Of a stretch of DNA of 59,606 bases, positions 20,553-29,773 are shown piece after piece. Origin of the DNA: Granulicella sp. (GTDB lineage: Bacteria; Acidobacteriota; Terriglobia; Terriglobales; Acidobacteriaceae); the NCBI GenBank assembly GCA_003142235.1, contig PLOU01000156.1, positions 1-59,606 of the forward strand, written 5' to 3'. The stretch's first letter is position 1, and each line of letters opens with the position of its first letter. The notes beneath the pieces were generated by a model. That model was not told the DNA's origin. It worked only from the letters and a program-made list of their open reading frames with translations, and did no database searches. The translations under genes and the position numbers were made by a program.

Positions 20553-22175
20553 CTACTTCGCCAGCGAGTTGAAGAGCCAGAAGAGCCCGCCGGAGAGCAG
20601 CGCTGCCGCGGGCAGCGTGAAGACCCACGCAGCCGTGATGTTGCGAATCGTGGCCCGTTGCAACCCGCTGCGATTGGCCGCCATCGTCCCCGCCACGCTG
20701 GAGCTCAGCACATGTGTCGTGGACACCGGAAGGCCGAATGTGCCCGCCGCAAGGATGGTCGCCATCGCCACCAGTTGCGCAGATGCCCCCTGCGCGTAGG
20801 TCATGCGCGCCTTGCCGATCTTCTCGCCCACTGTCACCACGATCCGCTTCCATCCGATCATCGTCCCCAACCCCAGCGCCAGCGCCACGGCCACCTTCAC
20901 CCAGGTAGGAATGAACTTCGTCGACTTGTCCAGGAACCCCGTGTATTCAGCGACAATCTTCGCGTCCGCCGCCGACATCCGCGGCCCGCCGCTGCCGGCC
21001 ATCAGCCGCAGCGTCTCGTTGGTCAGGTACATCTGGTTGCGCACGTTGGCCTGCATCGTAGTCGGCACGCCTTCGAGCGTCCCGTACTGCGTGGTCTCGT
21101 TGCGGATGTCGAGCACCATCTGTTGCAGCGCCAGCGTCACTTTCGGCTCATACTTCTTGGTGCTGACAAAGTTCTCCAGTTCCGCTTCGGCGTTCTGCGC
21201 CGCCGTTCCCGGCTGCACATAATGGTCCAGCGCTCCGGCCACCTGCGTCGAAACCACCGCGAACTCCTGCACCTGGCTGGCGCCCATGGTATGGTTCAGC
21301 GCATAGGCAGTGGGCACCGTGCCCACCAGGATCAACATCATCAGCCCCATGCCCTTCTGGCCGTCGTTGGATCCGTGCGCATAGCTCACCCCGCCGCACA
21401 GCAGAATCATCAGGCAGCGGATGTAGAGCGGCGGCGGCGCGGCTCCCTTGGGGGCCTGATACAGCCGCGGGTCCCTGGCCAACAGCTTGAACAGAAGAAA
21501 CACCAGCCCCGCCGCGACAAACCCCACCAGGGGCGAGACGCACAGCGCCGTAATCACCTTCTTCACCTGTTCCCAATCCAGGCCCGAGGTCCCCGTCTTC
21601 CCGATCATCATCTGGTACGCCAGCCCCACGCCCAGGATCGAACCGATCATGGTATGCGAACTGGACACCGGCAGCCCGCGGTACCAGGTCGCCAGGTTCC
21701 ACAGGATCGCCGCCACCAGCAGGGCAAAGACCATGGCGAAGCCCGAACCCGAGTTCCCCTTCAGAATCAGCTCCACCGGCAGCAGCGAGACGATCGCCCA
21801 AGCCACCGCGCCCGAACTGAGCAGCACGCCCACGAAATTCAGAATGCCCGAATAAACCACCGCGATATGCGGCTCCAGCGAGTGGGTATAGATCACCGTC
21901 GCCACCGCATTCGCCGTATCGTGAAACCCGTTCACAAACTCGAACCCCAGCGCAATCAGCAACGCCAGCCCAAGCAGCAGGTATGGAAACAGATGCACCG
22001 TATGGACGACCGAAAGGTCGCCCCACACCTGCGCCGTGATATAGATCAGACCACCCGCCAAAATCAGCGCAAATATCCCTGCGCCGATCTTTCCGGCGGA
22101 CGAATTCTTTAAATTGTCTGCGAGGTTCTTCTCTTCGAGTATCGTGGGCTGTGGCAGCGTGGCTGGCGTGGCCAT
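20553..22175 (-). CDS. Inorganic phosphate transporter (PiT family)
   Basis: NGFHDTANAVAT, PVSSSH, HGSNDGQK and PVSTTH motifs. Confidence 0.93.
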   Translation of the reverse strand: MATPATLPQPTILEEKNLADNLKNSSAGKIGAGIFALILAGGLIYITAQVWGDLSVVHTVHLFPYLLLGLALLIALGFEFVNGFHDTANAVATVIYTHSLEPHIAVVYSGILNFVGVLLSSGAVAWAIVSLLPVELILKGNSGSGFAMVFALLVAAILWNLATWYRGLPVSSSHTMIGSILGVGLAYQMMIGKTGTSGLDWEQVKKVITALCVSPLVGFVAAGLVFLLFKLLARDPRLYQAPKGAAPPPLYIRCLMILLCGGVSYAHGSNDGQKGMGLMMLILVGTVPTAYALNHTMGASQVQEFAVVSTQVAGALDHYVQPGTAAQNAEAELENFVSTKKYEPKVTLALQQMVLDIRNETTQYGTLEGVPTTMQANVRNQMYLTNETLRLMAGSGGPRMSAADAKIVAEYTGFLDKSTKFIPTWVKVAVALALGLGTMIGWKRIVVTVGEKIGKARMTYAQGASAQLVAMATILAAGTFGLPVSTTHVLSSSVAGTMAANRSGLQRATIRNITAAWVFTLPAAALLSGGLFWLFNSLAK

Positions 22176-22236
22176 GAATCACCTTACTTGAATTGCTGAT
22201 CCATAACTGACGCTACTCTATTCATCGTCTAGAAAT

Positions 22237-22254
22237 GTTACAGTTCCGTGAAGA
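22237..22254 (-). promoter_or_regulatory. Pho-box-like site upstream of the PiT gene
   Basis: Minus strand TCTTCAC-GGAA-CTGTAAC, two 7-mers at 11-bp period, resembling the PhoB consensus CTGTCAT-N4-CTGTCAC. Confidence 0.5.
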
Positions 22255-22421
22255 TTCAGCCGTTCCGCAACCTCCGCTCGCCCCAAACGCACATCCAGAT
22301 GCAATCTAACCCACATATTAATCAATTGCTTATAAATGAACCGGACGGGCCGGCGGACTGTGGACAACAGGGCACGAAGGACGAATAACGCACAGCAGAA
22401 AACGAATATCGTACAACCGAG

Positions 22422-23447
22422 CTACCGCCAGTCGTCCCGCGCCGGCGCCTGACCGGCAAAGACCAGGTCGAAGCTGTCCGCCTTCTTGATCAGAATGTCG
22501 CCCAGCTCGCGCGGCTGGTGCAACAGCACCGCCTGCAACCGCACCAGCTCCAGCATCGCCAGAAACATGCAGATCAGCGCCCGCTCCGAGTGCGTGCGCT
22601 GCAGCAACCGCCGCAGGCTCACCGGGCGGTCCTCCATGATCAGCCGCTGCTTCACATAGTCGATCATCTGCGCCACGGTCACCGACTCCTCGTCCACGTC
22701 CAGCACGGGCCGCTCGCGCAGCCGCTCCAGCACCTGCTGAAAGACGCGCACCAGATCCACCGTGTCCGCCGCAATCTCCTGTTCGTCGCCGGCGCCCGCC
22801 TGCTCGCCGCCCGTCTCGTCGCGCAGAAACGAGCGCATTCCAGGGTTCGACCAGGTCGCCTCTTCAATCTGCTGCTTCTGCATCAGCATCTGTGCGGCGG
22901 CCTTGAAACGCTCGTGCTCCAGCAGCCGCTCCACCAGCTCGCGGCGCGGGTCCTCCGCGTCCGCGCCCGTCACGTCCGAGGGATCGCGCGGCAGCAGCGT
23001 CTTCGACTTGATGTGGATCAGCAGCGACGCCACATAGATGAACTCGCCCGCCGCATCCACGTCGGTCTGCCGCAACTGGTGGCAGTAGTCGAGGAACTGC
23101 GCCGTAATCAGAGCGATGGGAATGTCGTAGATGTCGATGTTCTGCTTGCGGATCAGGTCCAGCAACAGATCCAGAGGCCCGTCGTACACCTGCCCCACGG
23201 TCACCGAGAACGGCGACTGCGAGGCCTCTTCCTGAGCCGCCGCATCCTTGGCCGCGTTCGTCTTCTTCGCATCCATCTCCGGCGTCACCGGCCCCGGCTG
23301 TAGCACCAGCGTCTCCCCGATTGGCTCAATCTTCTCGTCTACAGCAGCATTCGCATCAGTCTCAGCCAAAGTCTCCGCCGCGTCGACCGCTTCCGTGCCG
23401 CCGGACCGCTCGTTCCCTGTCGCGTCGCTCAGAGTCTCATCCGCCAT
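22422..23447 (-). CDS. scpA: SMC-Scp complex kleisin ScpA
   Basis: YDGPLDLLLDLIRK, IDIYDIPI, DPRRELVERLLE and FLAMLELVR motifs. Confidence 0.93.
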   Translation of the reverse strand: MADETLSDATGNERSGGTEAVDAAETLAETDANAAVDEKIEPIGETLVLQPGPVTPEMDAKKTNAAKDAAAQEEASQSPFSVTVGQVYDGPLDLLLDLIRKQNIDIYDIPIALITAQFLDYCHQLRQTDVDAAGEFIYVASLLIHIKSKTLLPRDPSDVTGADAEDPRRELVERLLEHERFKAAAQMLMQKQQIEEATWSNPGMRSFLRDETGGEQAGAGDEQEIAADTVDLVRVFQQVLERLRERPVLDVDEESVTVAQMIDYVKQRLIMEDRPVSLRRLLQRTHSERALICMFLAMLELVRLQAVLLHQPRELGDILIKKADSFDLVFAGQAPARDDWR

Positions 23448-23449
23448 CG

Positions 23450-24493
23450 CTATACCAGTCCCACCGCACAGCGCACCTGCTGCATCGTCTGTTCGGCGCG
23501 CTGGTTCGCTCGCACCGCGCCCTCGTTCAGAATTGCATCGACTTCATCGGGATGCGCCTCGAAGTACTCTCTTCGCTTCTGGATCGGCGCAAGCTCCTTC
23601 ACCACCGCGTCGGCCAGCCAGCCCTTGCACTGAATGCACCCGATCCCCGCCGACGTGCAGCCTGCGCGAACGTCCGCCTGCGTTTCGCTCGAAGAAAATA
23701 CCTTGTGCAGATCGAAGACCGGACAGATCTCAGGATTGCCCGCGTCCGTCCGCCGAATCCGCGCCGGATCGGTCACCATCGTCTTCAACTTGGCGCGAAC
23801 GTCAGCTTCAGTGTCGGAGAGCAGGATCGTGTTCCCATAGCTCTTCGACATCTTGCGCCCATCCGTCCCCGGCAGCTTCGGACTCGGCGTCAGCAGCACC
23901 TTCGGCTCCGGCAGAATCTCCTGATTACCACCGCTGTAAAAATGATTGAACCGCCGCGCAATCTCGCGCGTGATCTCGACGTGCGCTGCCTGGTCCTGGC
24001 CCACCGGCACGAAGTCAGCCTGATACACCAGAATGTCGGCGCTCATCAGCAGCGGATAGCCGAGAAAGCCGAAGGTGGCTAGGTCCTTCTCCTTGAGCTG
24101 CTCCTGCTGGTCCTTGTAGCTCGGCACGCGCTCCAGCCAACTGAGCGGCGTAATCATGCCCAGCAGCAGGCTCAGCTCGGCGTGCGCCGGGACATCGCTC
24201 TGCACGAAGATGGTGCAGCGCTTCGGGTCGAGCCCGGCGGCCAGAAAGTCCAGCGCAACATCCCGCACGTTCTCCTTGAGGCCGCTGGTGTCGGCGTAGT
24301 CCGTCGTCAGCGCGTGGTAGTCCGCGATGAAGAAGTAGCACTCGTACTTTGGCGCGCCGTCCTCGTTCGTCGCGTTCTGCAACTCCACCCAGTTCTTCAG
24401 CGCGCCCATGTAGTTGCCCAGGTGCAGCTTGCCCGTGGGTCTCATGCCGCTCAGCACGCGCCGCGGCACCGGTTGTTTTGTCTCTTCGCTCAT
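23450..24493 (-). CDS. trpS: Tryptophan--tRNA ligase
   Basis: SGMRPTGKLHLGNY, VPVGQDQ and KMSKS motifs; start could be 24499. Confidence 0.96.
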   Translation of the reverse strand: MSEETKQPVPRRVLSGMRPTGKLHLGNYMGALKNWVELQNATNEDGAPKYECYFFIADYHALTTDYADTSGLKENVRDVALDFLAAGLDPKRCTIFVQSDVPAHAELSLLLGMITPLSWLERVPSYKDQQEQLKEKDLATFGFLGYPLLMSADILVYQADFVPVGQDQAAHVEITREIARRFNHFYSGGNQEILPEPKVLLTPSPKLPGTDGRKMSKSYGNTILLSDTEADVRAKLKTMVTDPARIRRTDAGNPEICPVFDLHKVFSSSETQADVRAGCTSAGIGCIQCKGWLADAVVKELAPIQKRREYFEAHPDEVDAILNEGAVRANQRAEQTMQQVRCAVGLV

Positions 24494-24531
24494 CTTCATC
24501 TCAATCGCAAGGGTAACAGGATTCGCCCCCT

Positions 24532-25227
24532 CTACAACGACAGCAGCAGCCGGTCGTAAACGCCCATCAACGGATAATAGAAGCTCGCGATCCAATGTCC
24601 GCCAAAGAGCAACAGGACGATCAGGCCGTACATCCCGATCTGGTTGTACACCTGCTCCACGCGGTAGGGCAGGAAGTGGCGCAGAACGTGGCTTCCGTCC
24701 AGCGGCGGGATCGGAATCAGGTTGAAGACAAGCAGCAGCAAGTTGATCAGCACGCCGTAGTAGAGCAGCATGGCCACGGGGAAGAGCGGAAACGCGCCGA
24801 CATCCACCGGAATGTGGTTTGCAGTCGCCATCGCAGCAGCAATGGTCATCAAGCCTCCCGGCGCGGCGTGTTTAAAGACGATCAGCAACAGGAGAGCGAC
24901 GGTGGCCATGGCGAGGTTGCTGGCCGGCCCGGCCATGGAGACCAGAATGTCGTCGCGCCGGAGGTGGCGGAAGTTGCGCGTCGTCACCGGGCAGGGCTTG
25001 GCCCAGCCGATCAGCCATCCGCCATAGACCAGCGAGATGAGCGGGACCAGCACCGAGCCCAGCGGATCGAGGTGCTTCGCCGGGTTCAGCGTGACTCGCC
25101 CCAGCATGTAGGCCGTCGGGTCGCCCAGGCGCATGGCCACATACGCGTGCGCGCTCTCGTGCACCGAGAAGGCCAGCACCAAGACCACCACCTGGAAGAG
25201 GATCAGGACGAACTCCTGCTGACTCAT
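24532..25227 (-). CDS. Site-2 protease family (M50) membrane metalloprotease
   Basis: HESAH, AGPASN and FNLIPIPPLDG motifs. Confidence 0.92.
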   Translation of the reverse strand: MSQQEFVLILFQVVVLVLAFSVHESAHAYVAMRLGDPTAYMLGRVTLNPAKHLDPLGSVLVPLISLVYGGWLIGWAKPCPVTTRNFRHLRRDDILVSMAGPASNLAMATVALLLLIVFKHAAPGGLMTIAAAMATANHIPVDVGAFPLFPVAMLLYYGVLINLLLLVFNLIPIPPLDGSHVLRHFLPYRVEQVYNQIGMYGLIVLLLFGGHWIASFYYPLMGVYDRLLLSL

Positions 25228-25263
25228 CGCTCCAGTTTACAGAATCGCGGCGCGCCCTGGTCT

Positions 25264-25554
25264 CTACTTCGCAGCTTGCGCCGAGATCTCTTCCACCTTC
25301 TCTGCCAGCCAGACCTTCATCAGCGACTGATACGGAACATCGAGGCGGTTCGCCCGCGCCCGAATTCTGTCGAGCAGGTTCTGCGGCAGACGAAGCGAGA
25401 TGGTCTTGGTCGATGGCTGAAGGTTGGGAAACTCCACGAATTTTGCCTTACTCCAATCGAAGTAATCCGTGGTGTCGTTCGACTTGCTCTCCCAGAACGC
25501 ACGTTCTTCCGATTCGGATTTGAACTTTGGAATTGGCTTAAGTGGCTTTTTCAT
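25264..25554 (-). CDS. BrnA-family antitoxin
   Basis: IPKFKSESEERAFW...TKTISLRLP...DVPYQSLMKVWL. Confidence 0.88.
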   Translation of the reverse strand: MKKPLKPIPKFKSESEERAFWESKSNDTTDYFDWSKAKFVEFPNLQPSTKTISLRLPQNLLDRIRARANRLDVPYQSLMKVWLAEKVEEISAQAAK

Positions 25555-25834
25555 AGGTCGTTCGCTCCCTTCGGTTCATCGGACGTGCTGAGATTGGCCG
25601 TATCCTGCTCTTCTCTTCGCGAAGAGTAAACACCACCGTCAGACGACGGCCCTCGTCGGTAATGCCCAGTGCTGCAAATCGTTCCTCCGTCTGCGAGTGC
25701 TGGGGATCCGCTGCAATCAGAAGAGGTCTGTTGACAAAGACTCGTTCAATCTCCACCGGAGAAACTCCATGCTTCTCGTTCTTGCGCGCATTTCCCGCGT
25801 CCCAATCAAACCCGGTGATGTTCCGAAGGTCCAT
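25538..25834 (-). CDS. BrnT-family toxin
   Basis: GFDWDAGNARKNEKHGV...EERF...IRPISARPMNRRER. Confidence 0.9.
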   Translation of the reverse strand: MDLRNITGFDWDAGNARKNEKHGVSPVEIERVFVNRPLLIAADPQHSQTEERFAALGITDEGRRLTVVFTLREEKSRIRPISARPMNRRERTTYEKAT

Positions 25835-25848
25835 TTTTCCTTCCGTCT

Positions 25849-25867
25849 GTATATTACAGCAATATAC
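25849..25867. promoter_or_regulatory. Putative BrnA operator palindrome
   Basis: GTATATT-N5-AATATAC, 15 bp upstream of the toxin start. Confidence 0.65.
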
Positions 25868-25933
25868 TTACGCAATCGATAAAAACTGCGGATCATGTTG
25901 CCTGTCTCTCAATGCGGATTGACGCTAGCGCCT

Positions 25934-26122
25934 TCATCCTTCGTCGCCTTCGGAACCACCGCTCAACAGATCGGCCAGGGTCTTCTTGTGCTTTGGTTTG
26001 GCGGCGGCCTTCTGCTTCGGGTCGGGGATCACGCGCTCCGGCGGCACCGGACCGACGCGGTCCCGCGCGTTCTGCTTCACCGCCTTCACCACCGAGAAGA
26101 CCCGCTTCTTCGCCTTGCTCAT
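25934..26122 (-). CDS. Small basic hypothetical protein (62 aa)
   Basis: MSKAKKRVFSVVKAVK...; GAGG RBS; fits the intergenic space. Confidence 0.6.
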   Translation of the reverse strand: MSKAKKRVFSVVKAVKQNARDRVGPVPPERVIPDPKQKAAAKPKHKKTLADLLSGGSEGDEG

Positions 26123-26269
26123 CCGCAGACCTCGCGCAAACGAACCACTGCGCCGCGCAAAAATGCCTCGCTGCGCCGCAGCCACGATTATGCAATACTT
26201 TTCATTGCAGCAGTATGGCCAGGATTGCCGAGCCGAACCAGCAGGCGGCCAATCCGGGAGGGTTCCAGT

Positions 26270-26542
26270 ATGGAAGAACGCGACTTTTTCGACGAAAAAC
26301 CCGAGCAGCGCACGCATACCATGACCTGTCCGCACTGTGGTCAGCCGGGCGAGTACCAGATCGGATGGCTTGTCCGCCGCAAGAAGGCGCAGCTTCCGCG
26401 CAACGCAGACGAGCGCGACCGCGCCCGCTTTGCCAAGGCGCAGAGCTATATGGTGCGCACCGACGACCTGGTGGGATGCAAAAACATCCGCTGCCGCAAG
26501 CGCTTCGACGTCGCCGGAATCCAGTCCGTCGCCTTCCTCTAA
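26270..26542 (+). CDS. Small zinc-ribbon-like hypothetical protein (90 aa)
   Basis: CPHC and CKNIRC cysteine pairs; GGAGG RBS. Confidence 0.75.
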   Translation: MEERDFFDEKPEQRTHTMTCPHCGQPGEYQIGWLVRRKKAQLPRNADERDRARFAKAQSYMVRTDDLVGCKNIRCRKRFDVAGIQSVAFL

Positions 26543-26743
26543 TTTCTCCACCGAAACAAGTCGGTGCCGGGCGCTGGGCGCCACACATCTCGACTCTGAG
26601 ATGTGGGCCTCGTGACCACAACTTCGCCAACTTCTGTTTATAGGACAATAGAGGCTGGCGAGGAATCGTGGATCGCCAGATCACATCCAATCAACACAGG
26701 CTCGCGGCGCAAGCGGTACAGATTTTGGGAGAACACGCAATCC

Positions 26744-28723
26744 ATGGCGGAAGGTAGCGCAGCACGCGTCGTCGGCATCGACCTGGGGACGACCAACTCG
26801 CTGGTCGCGTTCATGCAGGGCGATCAGCCGACGATCATTCCCGGCGAGGACGGCGACCGGCTGGTGCCTTCGGTGCTGGCCTTCGATGCTACTCAACGAG
26901 GTTTTGTGGTGGGCAACGGCGCGCGGGCGACGCTGTTGAAAGACGCGTCGAGCGTGGTCTACTCCGCCAAGCGGCTGATGGGGCGCAGCGTCGAAGACGT
27001 GCAGCAGGAGCTGAAGCTCTTCCCCTTCAAGCTGGTGGAAGGTCTCGCGCTGGGCGACGTGCTGAAGCTCGAGGTGGGCGGGTTGCAACTGACTCCACCG
27101 GAGATTTCGGCATACATCCTGCTGCAATTGAAGATGAACGCGGAGCGCTTCTTCGGCGCGCCGGTGACGCGAGCGGTGATTACGGTTCCCGCCTACTTCA
27201 ACGACGCGCAGCGGCAGGCGACCAAGGATGCGGGGCGGATCGCGGGGCTCGAGGTGCTGCGCCTGGTGAACGAGCCGACGGCTGCGGCGCTGGCCTATGG
27301 GCTGGACAAGAAACGCGACGGGCTGATCGCGGTGTACGACTTCGGTGGCGGTACCTTCGACATTTCAATCCTCAAGCTGCACGAGGGGATATTCGAGGTG
27401 ATCTCCACCGGTGGCGACACGCACCTGGGCGGCGACGACATCGACAATCTGCTGATAGCGATTGCGCTGGACGACATTGCGGGCGACGCCGACCTCTCCA
27501 TCGACAGGGACGCGATCCCAACCGGCGAGCAGGTGCAAGCAGTGCGCAAGGCGGTGATCGAGGCGAAGATTGCGCTCTCTGAGGCCGACGAGGCGAAGCT
27601 CGCTGTGCTGCTGCCCAATGGGAAGCAGTACACGCGCAAGATCACGCGCGAGCAGTTCGAACAGCTGATCTCACAGACGATTCTGCGCACGGCGCGTCCC
27701 TGCGTGCAGGCGCTGAAGGACGCGCACCTGACGGCGGAGCAGATCGACGAGGTGGTGCTGGTGGGCGGATCGACGCGCATCCCGGCGGTGCGCGCGCTGG
27801 TCGACGAACTCTTCAGCCTGAGCGCGCGCGGCAAGAAGCCGCACACCGAGTTGAACCCCGACGAAGTGGTCGCGCTGGGTGCGGCGGTGCAGGCGCAGAT
27901 TCTGGCCGGCGCGAACGCAGGTTCCGCGCTTGATGACCTGCTATTGCTGGACGTGACGCCGCTGTCGCTGGGGATCGAGGCGCTGGGCGGAGTCGTCGCC
28001 CGGATCATCGAGCGCAACTCGACGATCCCGGCCAGCGCGACCGAGCACTTCACCACCGGCGTCGACGGGCAGACGAATGTGGCGATCCATGTGGTGCAGG
28101 GCGAGCGCGAGCTGGCGAAAGACTGCCGCAGCCTGGCGCGCTTCGACCTGAAAGGCATTCCGCCGATGGTGGCCGGAATGGCGCGCATCGAGGTTAAGTT
28201 CCTGATCGACGCCAACGGAATTCTGCACGTGAGCGCGCGCGAGCAGCGCAGCGGCAAGGCGGCCGAGATCGAGGTGAAGCCAACCTACGGGCTGACCGAC
28301 GAGCAGGTGGAGACGATGATCCTGGCATCGTTCGACCACGCCGAAGCAGACCTGGACGCGCGCCAACTGATCGAGATGAAGAACGAGGCCGAGACGATCC
28401 TGACGGCGGTGGAAAAAGGCAGCAGCCATGCGGCTTGGAAGCAGTTGACGCCCGACGAGCTGGCGCAGATCGCGGCCTGCGTAAACGAGCTGAAGATCTC
28501 TGCCGCGGGCAGCGACTACAAACTGATTCGCCAGAACATCGAGCAGCTCGACAAGGCCACGCGCCGCTTCGCCGAGCTGATGATGGACTCGGAGGTGATG
28601 AGCGCGATGAAGGGCCAGACGATGGATGCGGCGGACGAGAGCATGGGAGCAGACCTCACCGCGCCGCACGCCTTCGCCAAGGCCGAGTTCGAAGAGGAAT
28701 CCGTGGCCGAGGAAAAGACCTAA
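26744..28723 (+). CDS. hscA: Fe-S assembly chaperone HscA
   Basis: Hsp70 motifs GIDLGTTNS and [18 protein letters not shown]; HscA-type TTGVDGQT and VKPTYGL; followed by fdx and iscX. Confidence 0.88.
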   Translation: MAEGSAARVVGIDLGTTNSLVAFMQGDQPTIIPGEDGDRLVPSVLAFDATQRGFVVGNGARATLLKDASSVVYSAKRLMGRSVEDVQQELKLFPFKLVEGLALGDVLKLEVGGLQLTPPEISAYILLQLKMNAERFFGAPVTRAVITVPAYFNDAQRQATKDAGRIAGLEVLRLVNEPTAAALAYGLDKKRDGLIAVYDFGGGTFDISILKLHEGIFEVISTGGDTHLGGDDIDNLLIAIALDDIAGDADLSIDRDAIPTGEQVQAVRKAVIEAKIALSEADEAKLAVLLPNGKQYTRKITREQFEQLISQTILRTARPCVQALKDAHLTAEQIDEVVLVGGSTRIPAVRALVDELFSLSARGKKPHTELNPDEVVALGAAVQAQILAGANAGSALDDLLLLDVTPLSLGIEALGGVVARIIERNSTIPASATEHFTTGVDGQTNVAIHVVQGERELAKDCRSLARFDLKGIPPMVAGMARIEVKFLIDANGILHVSAREQRSGKAAEIEVKPTYGLTDEQVETMILASFDHAEADLDARQLIEMKNEAETILTAVEKGSSHAAWKQLTPDELAQIAACVNELKISAAGSDYKLIRQNIEQLDKATRRFAELMMDSEVMSAMKGQTMDAADESMGADLTAPHAFAKAEFEEESVAEEKT

Positions 28724-28913
28724 CACCGATCAACACCGATGGAACCGATTAATTACAAGAACAAATACGGATTGAGAGCAAATCGGTTTTGAGTAAGATC
28801 AGGATGGATGCACACGCTTCACAGTTGATTTCTTGTTTTTGTTGTTTCTTTTCCTTTCTGTTCTTAATTGTTATTGCTCTTGATCGGTGCTCGTCGGTGT
28901 CAATCGGCGTTAA
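28721..28913. repeat. Second inverted pair of TAACACCGAT-family repeats around an AT-rich core
   Basis: taacaccgatcaacaccgatggaaccgatt (28721-28750) and inverted copy at 28883-28913; a solo copy at 29389-29418. Confidence 0.85.
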
Positions 28914-28928
28914 GGTTTTGGAGGGCGT

Positions 28929-29363
28929 ATGTCCGATCGCGTTGCCGATTTGCGTGAAGTCGATCTGTCGAAGCCGCCCGCCGAGGGCATGGTGCGGGTG
29001 ACATTTCTGCCCGAGGGCAGGACGGTGGAGTTTGCCTTCAACTCGCTGCCCTATGAGGGCCACGGCCAGCCGATGTCGTTTCTCGACGTGGCGGTGAACT
29101 ACGGGATATTCCTCGACCACGCGTGCGGGGGGGTGTGCGCATGCACCACCTGCCATCTGCATGTGAAGCAGGGGGCGGAGGGGACCAGCGAGGCCGAAGA
29201 CCTGGAGCTGGACCGGCTGGAGACGGCGGCGGGCATCGAGCTGAACTCGCGGCTGGGCTGCCAGGCGGTGATCGAGCGGCCGGGGACGTATGTGGTGGAG
29301 ATTCCCAAGTGGAACCGGAACTATGTGCAGGAAGGCAAGCCGGCGCATGGGCCAGGGAGCTAG
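28929..29363 (+). CDS. fdx: ISC-type 2Fe-2S ferredoxin
   Basis: HACGGVCACTTCH and SRLGCQ motifs. Confidence 0.92.
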   Translation: MSDRVADLREVDLSKPPAEGMVRVTFLPEGRTVEFAFNSLPYEGHGQPMSFLDVAVNYGIFLDHACGGVCACTTCHLHVKQGAEGTSEAEDLELDRLETAAGIELNSRLGCQAVIERPGTYVVEIPKWNRNYVQEGKPAHGPGS

Positions 29364-29457
29364 GATTCGCGGCTGGCGGAGAGAAGGCTTAACACCGATC
29401 GACACCGATGGAGACGATCCGGTGCAAGTCGATCTTGATGGGCAAGGGGTGAATAAC

Positions 29458-29679
29458 ATGGCGCGGGAACTGGATTGGAACGATACCGAGGAGATCGGGA
29501 TTCAGTTGCAGGAGATGTTTCCAGAGACCGATCCCTACACGGTGCGGTTTACCGATCTGCACAAGTGGGTGGTGCAGCTGCCGGACTTTGTGGGCGACCC
29601 GGCAAAGTCGAACGAGGGGATTCTGGAGGCGATCCAGACGGCTTGGCGGGAGGAGTATGTGGACGCCAAGGGGAGCTAG
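29458..29679 (+). CDS. iscX: Fe-S assembly protein IscX
   Basis: WNDTEEI...DPYTVRFTDLHKWV...SNEGILEAIQTAW. Confidence 0.92.
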   Translation: MARELDWNDTEEIGIQLQEMFPETDPYTVRFTDLHKWVVQLPDFVGDPAKSNEGILEAIQTAWREEYVDAKGS

Positions 29680-29773
29680 TTGTCCGTTGTCCGTGGTCAA
29701 TGGCCGGTCGCTTGACACGCGCGACGGCCATTCACTACTGTCCCCGTGACGCTAATTGGGGGACTTGCCTGCC

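Noticed and set aside
20400-22112. Long antisense or alternative-frame ORFs (for example 20400..22112, 4182..5714, 44686..46050, 51791..53338, 29780..31015)
   Set aside because: Shadow ORFs typical of high-GC DNA: Arg/Gly/Ala-rich, no motifs, and overlapping well-supported genes.
26603-28723. dnaK call, and the longer 26603 start
   Set aside because: The fdx-iscX context and HscA-type motifs favour hscA; the extension begins inside a palindromic repeat.
28749-29459. ORFs 28749..29459 (-), 28789..29001 (+) and the 29290 extension of iscX
   Set aside because: They run through TAACACCGAT repeats and an AT-rich spacer; iscX similarity begins at ATG 29458.
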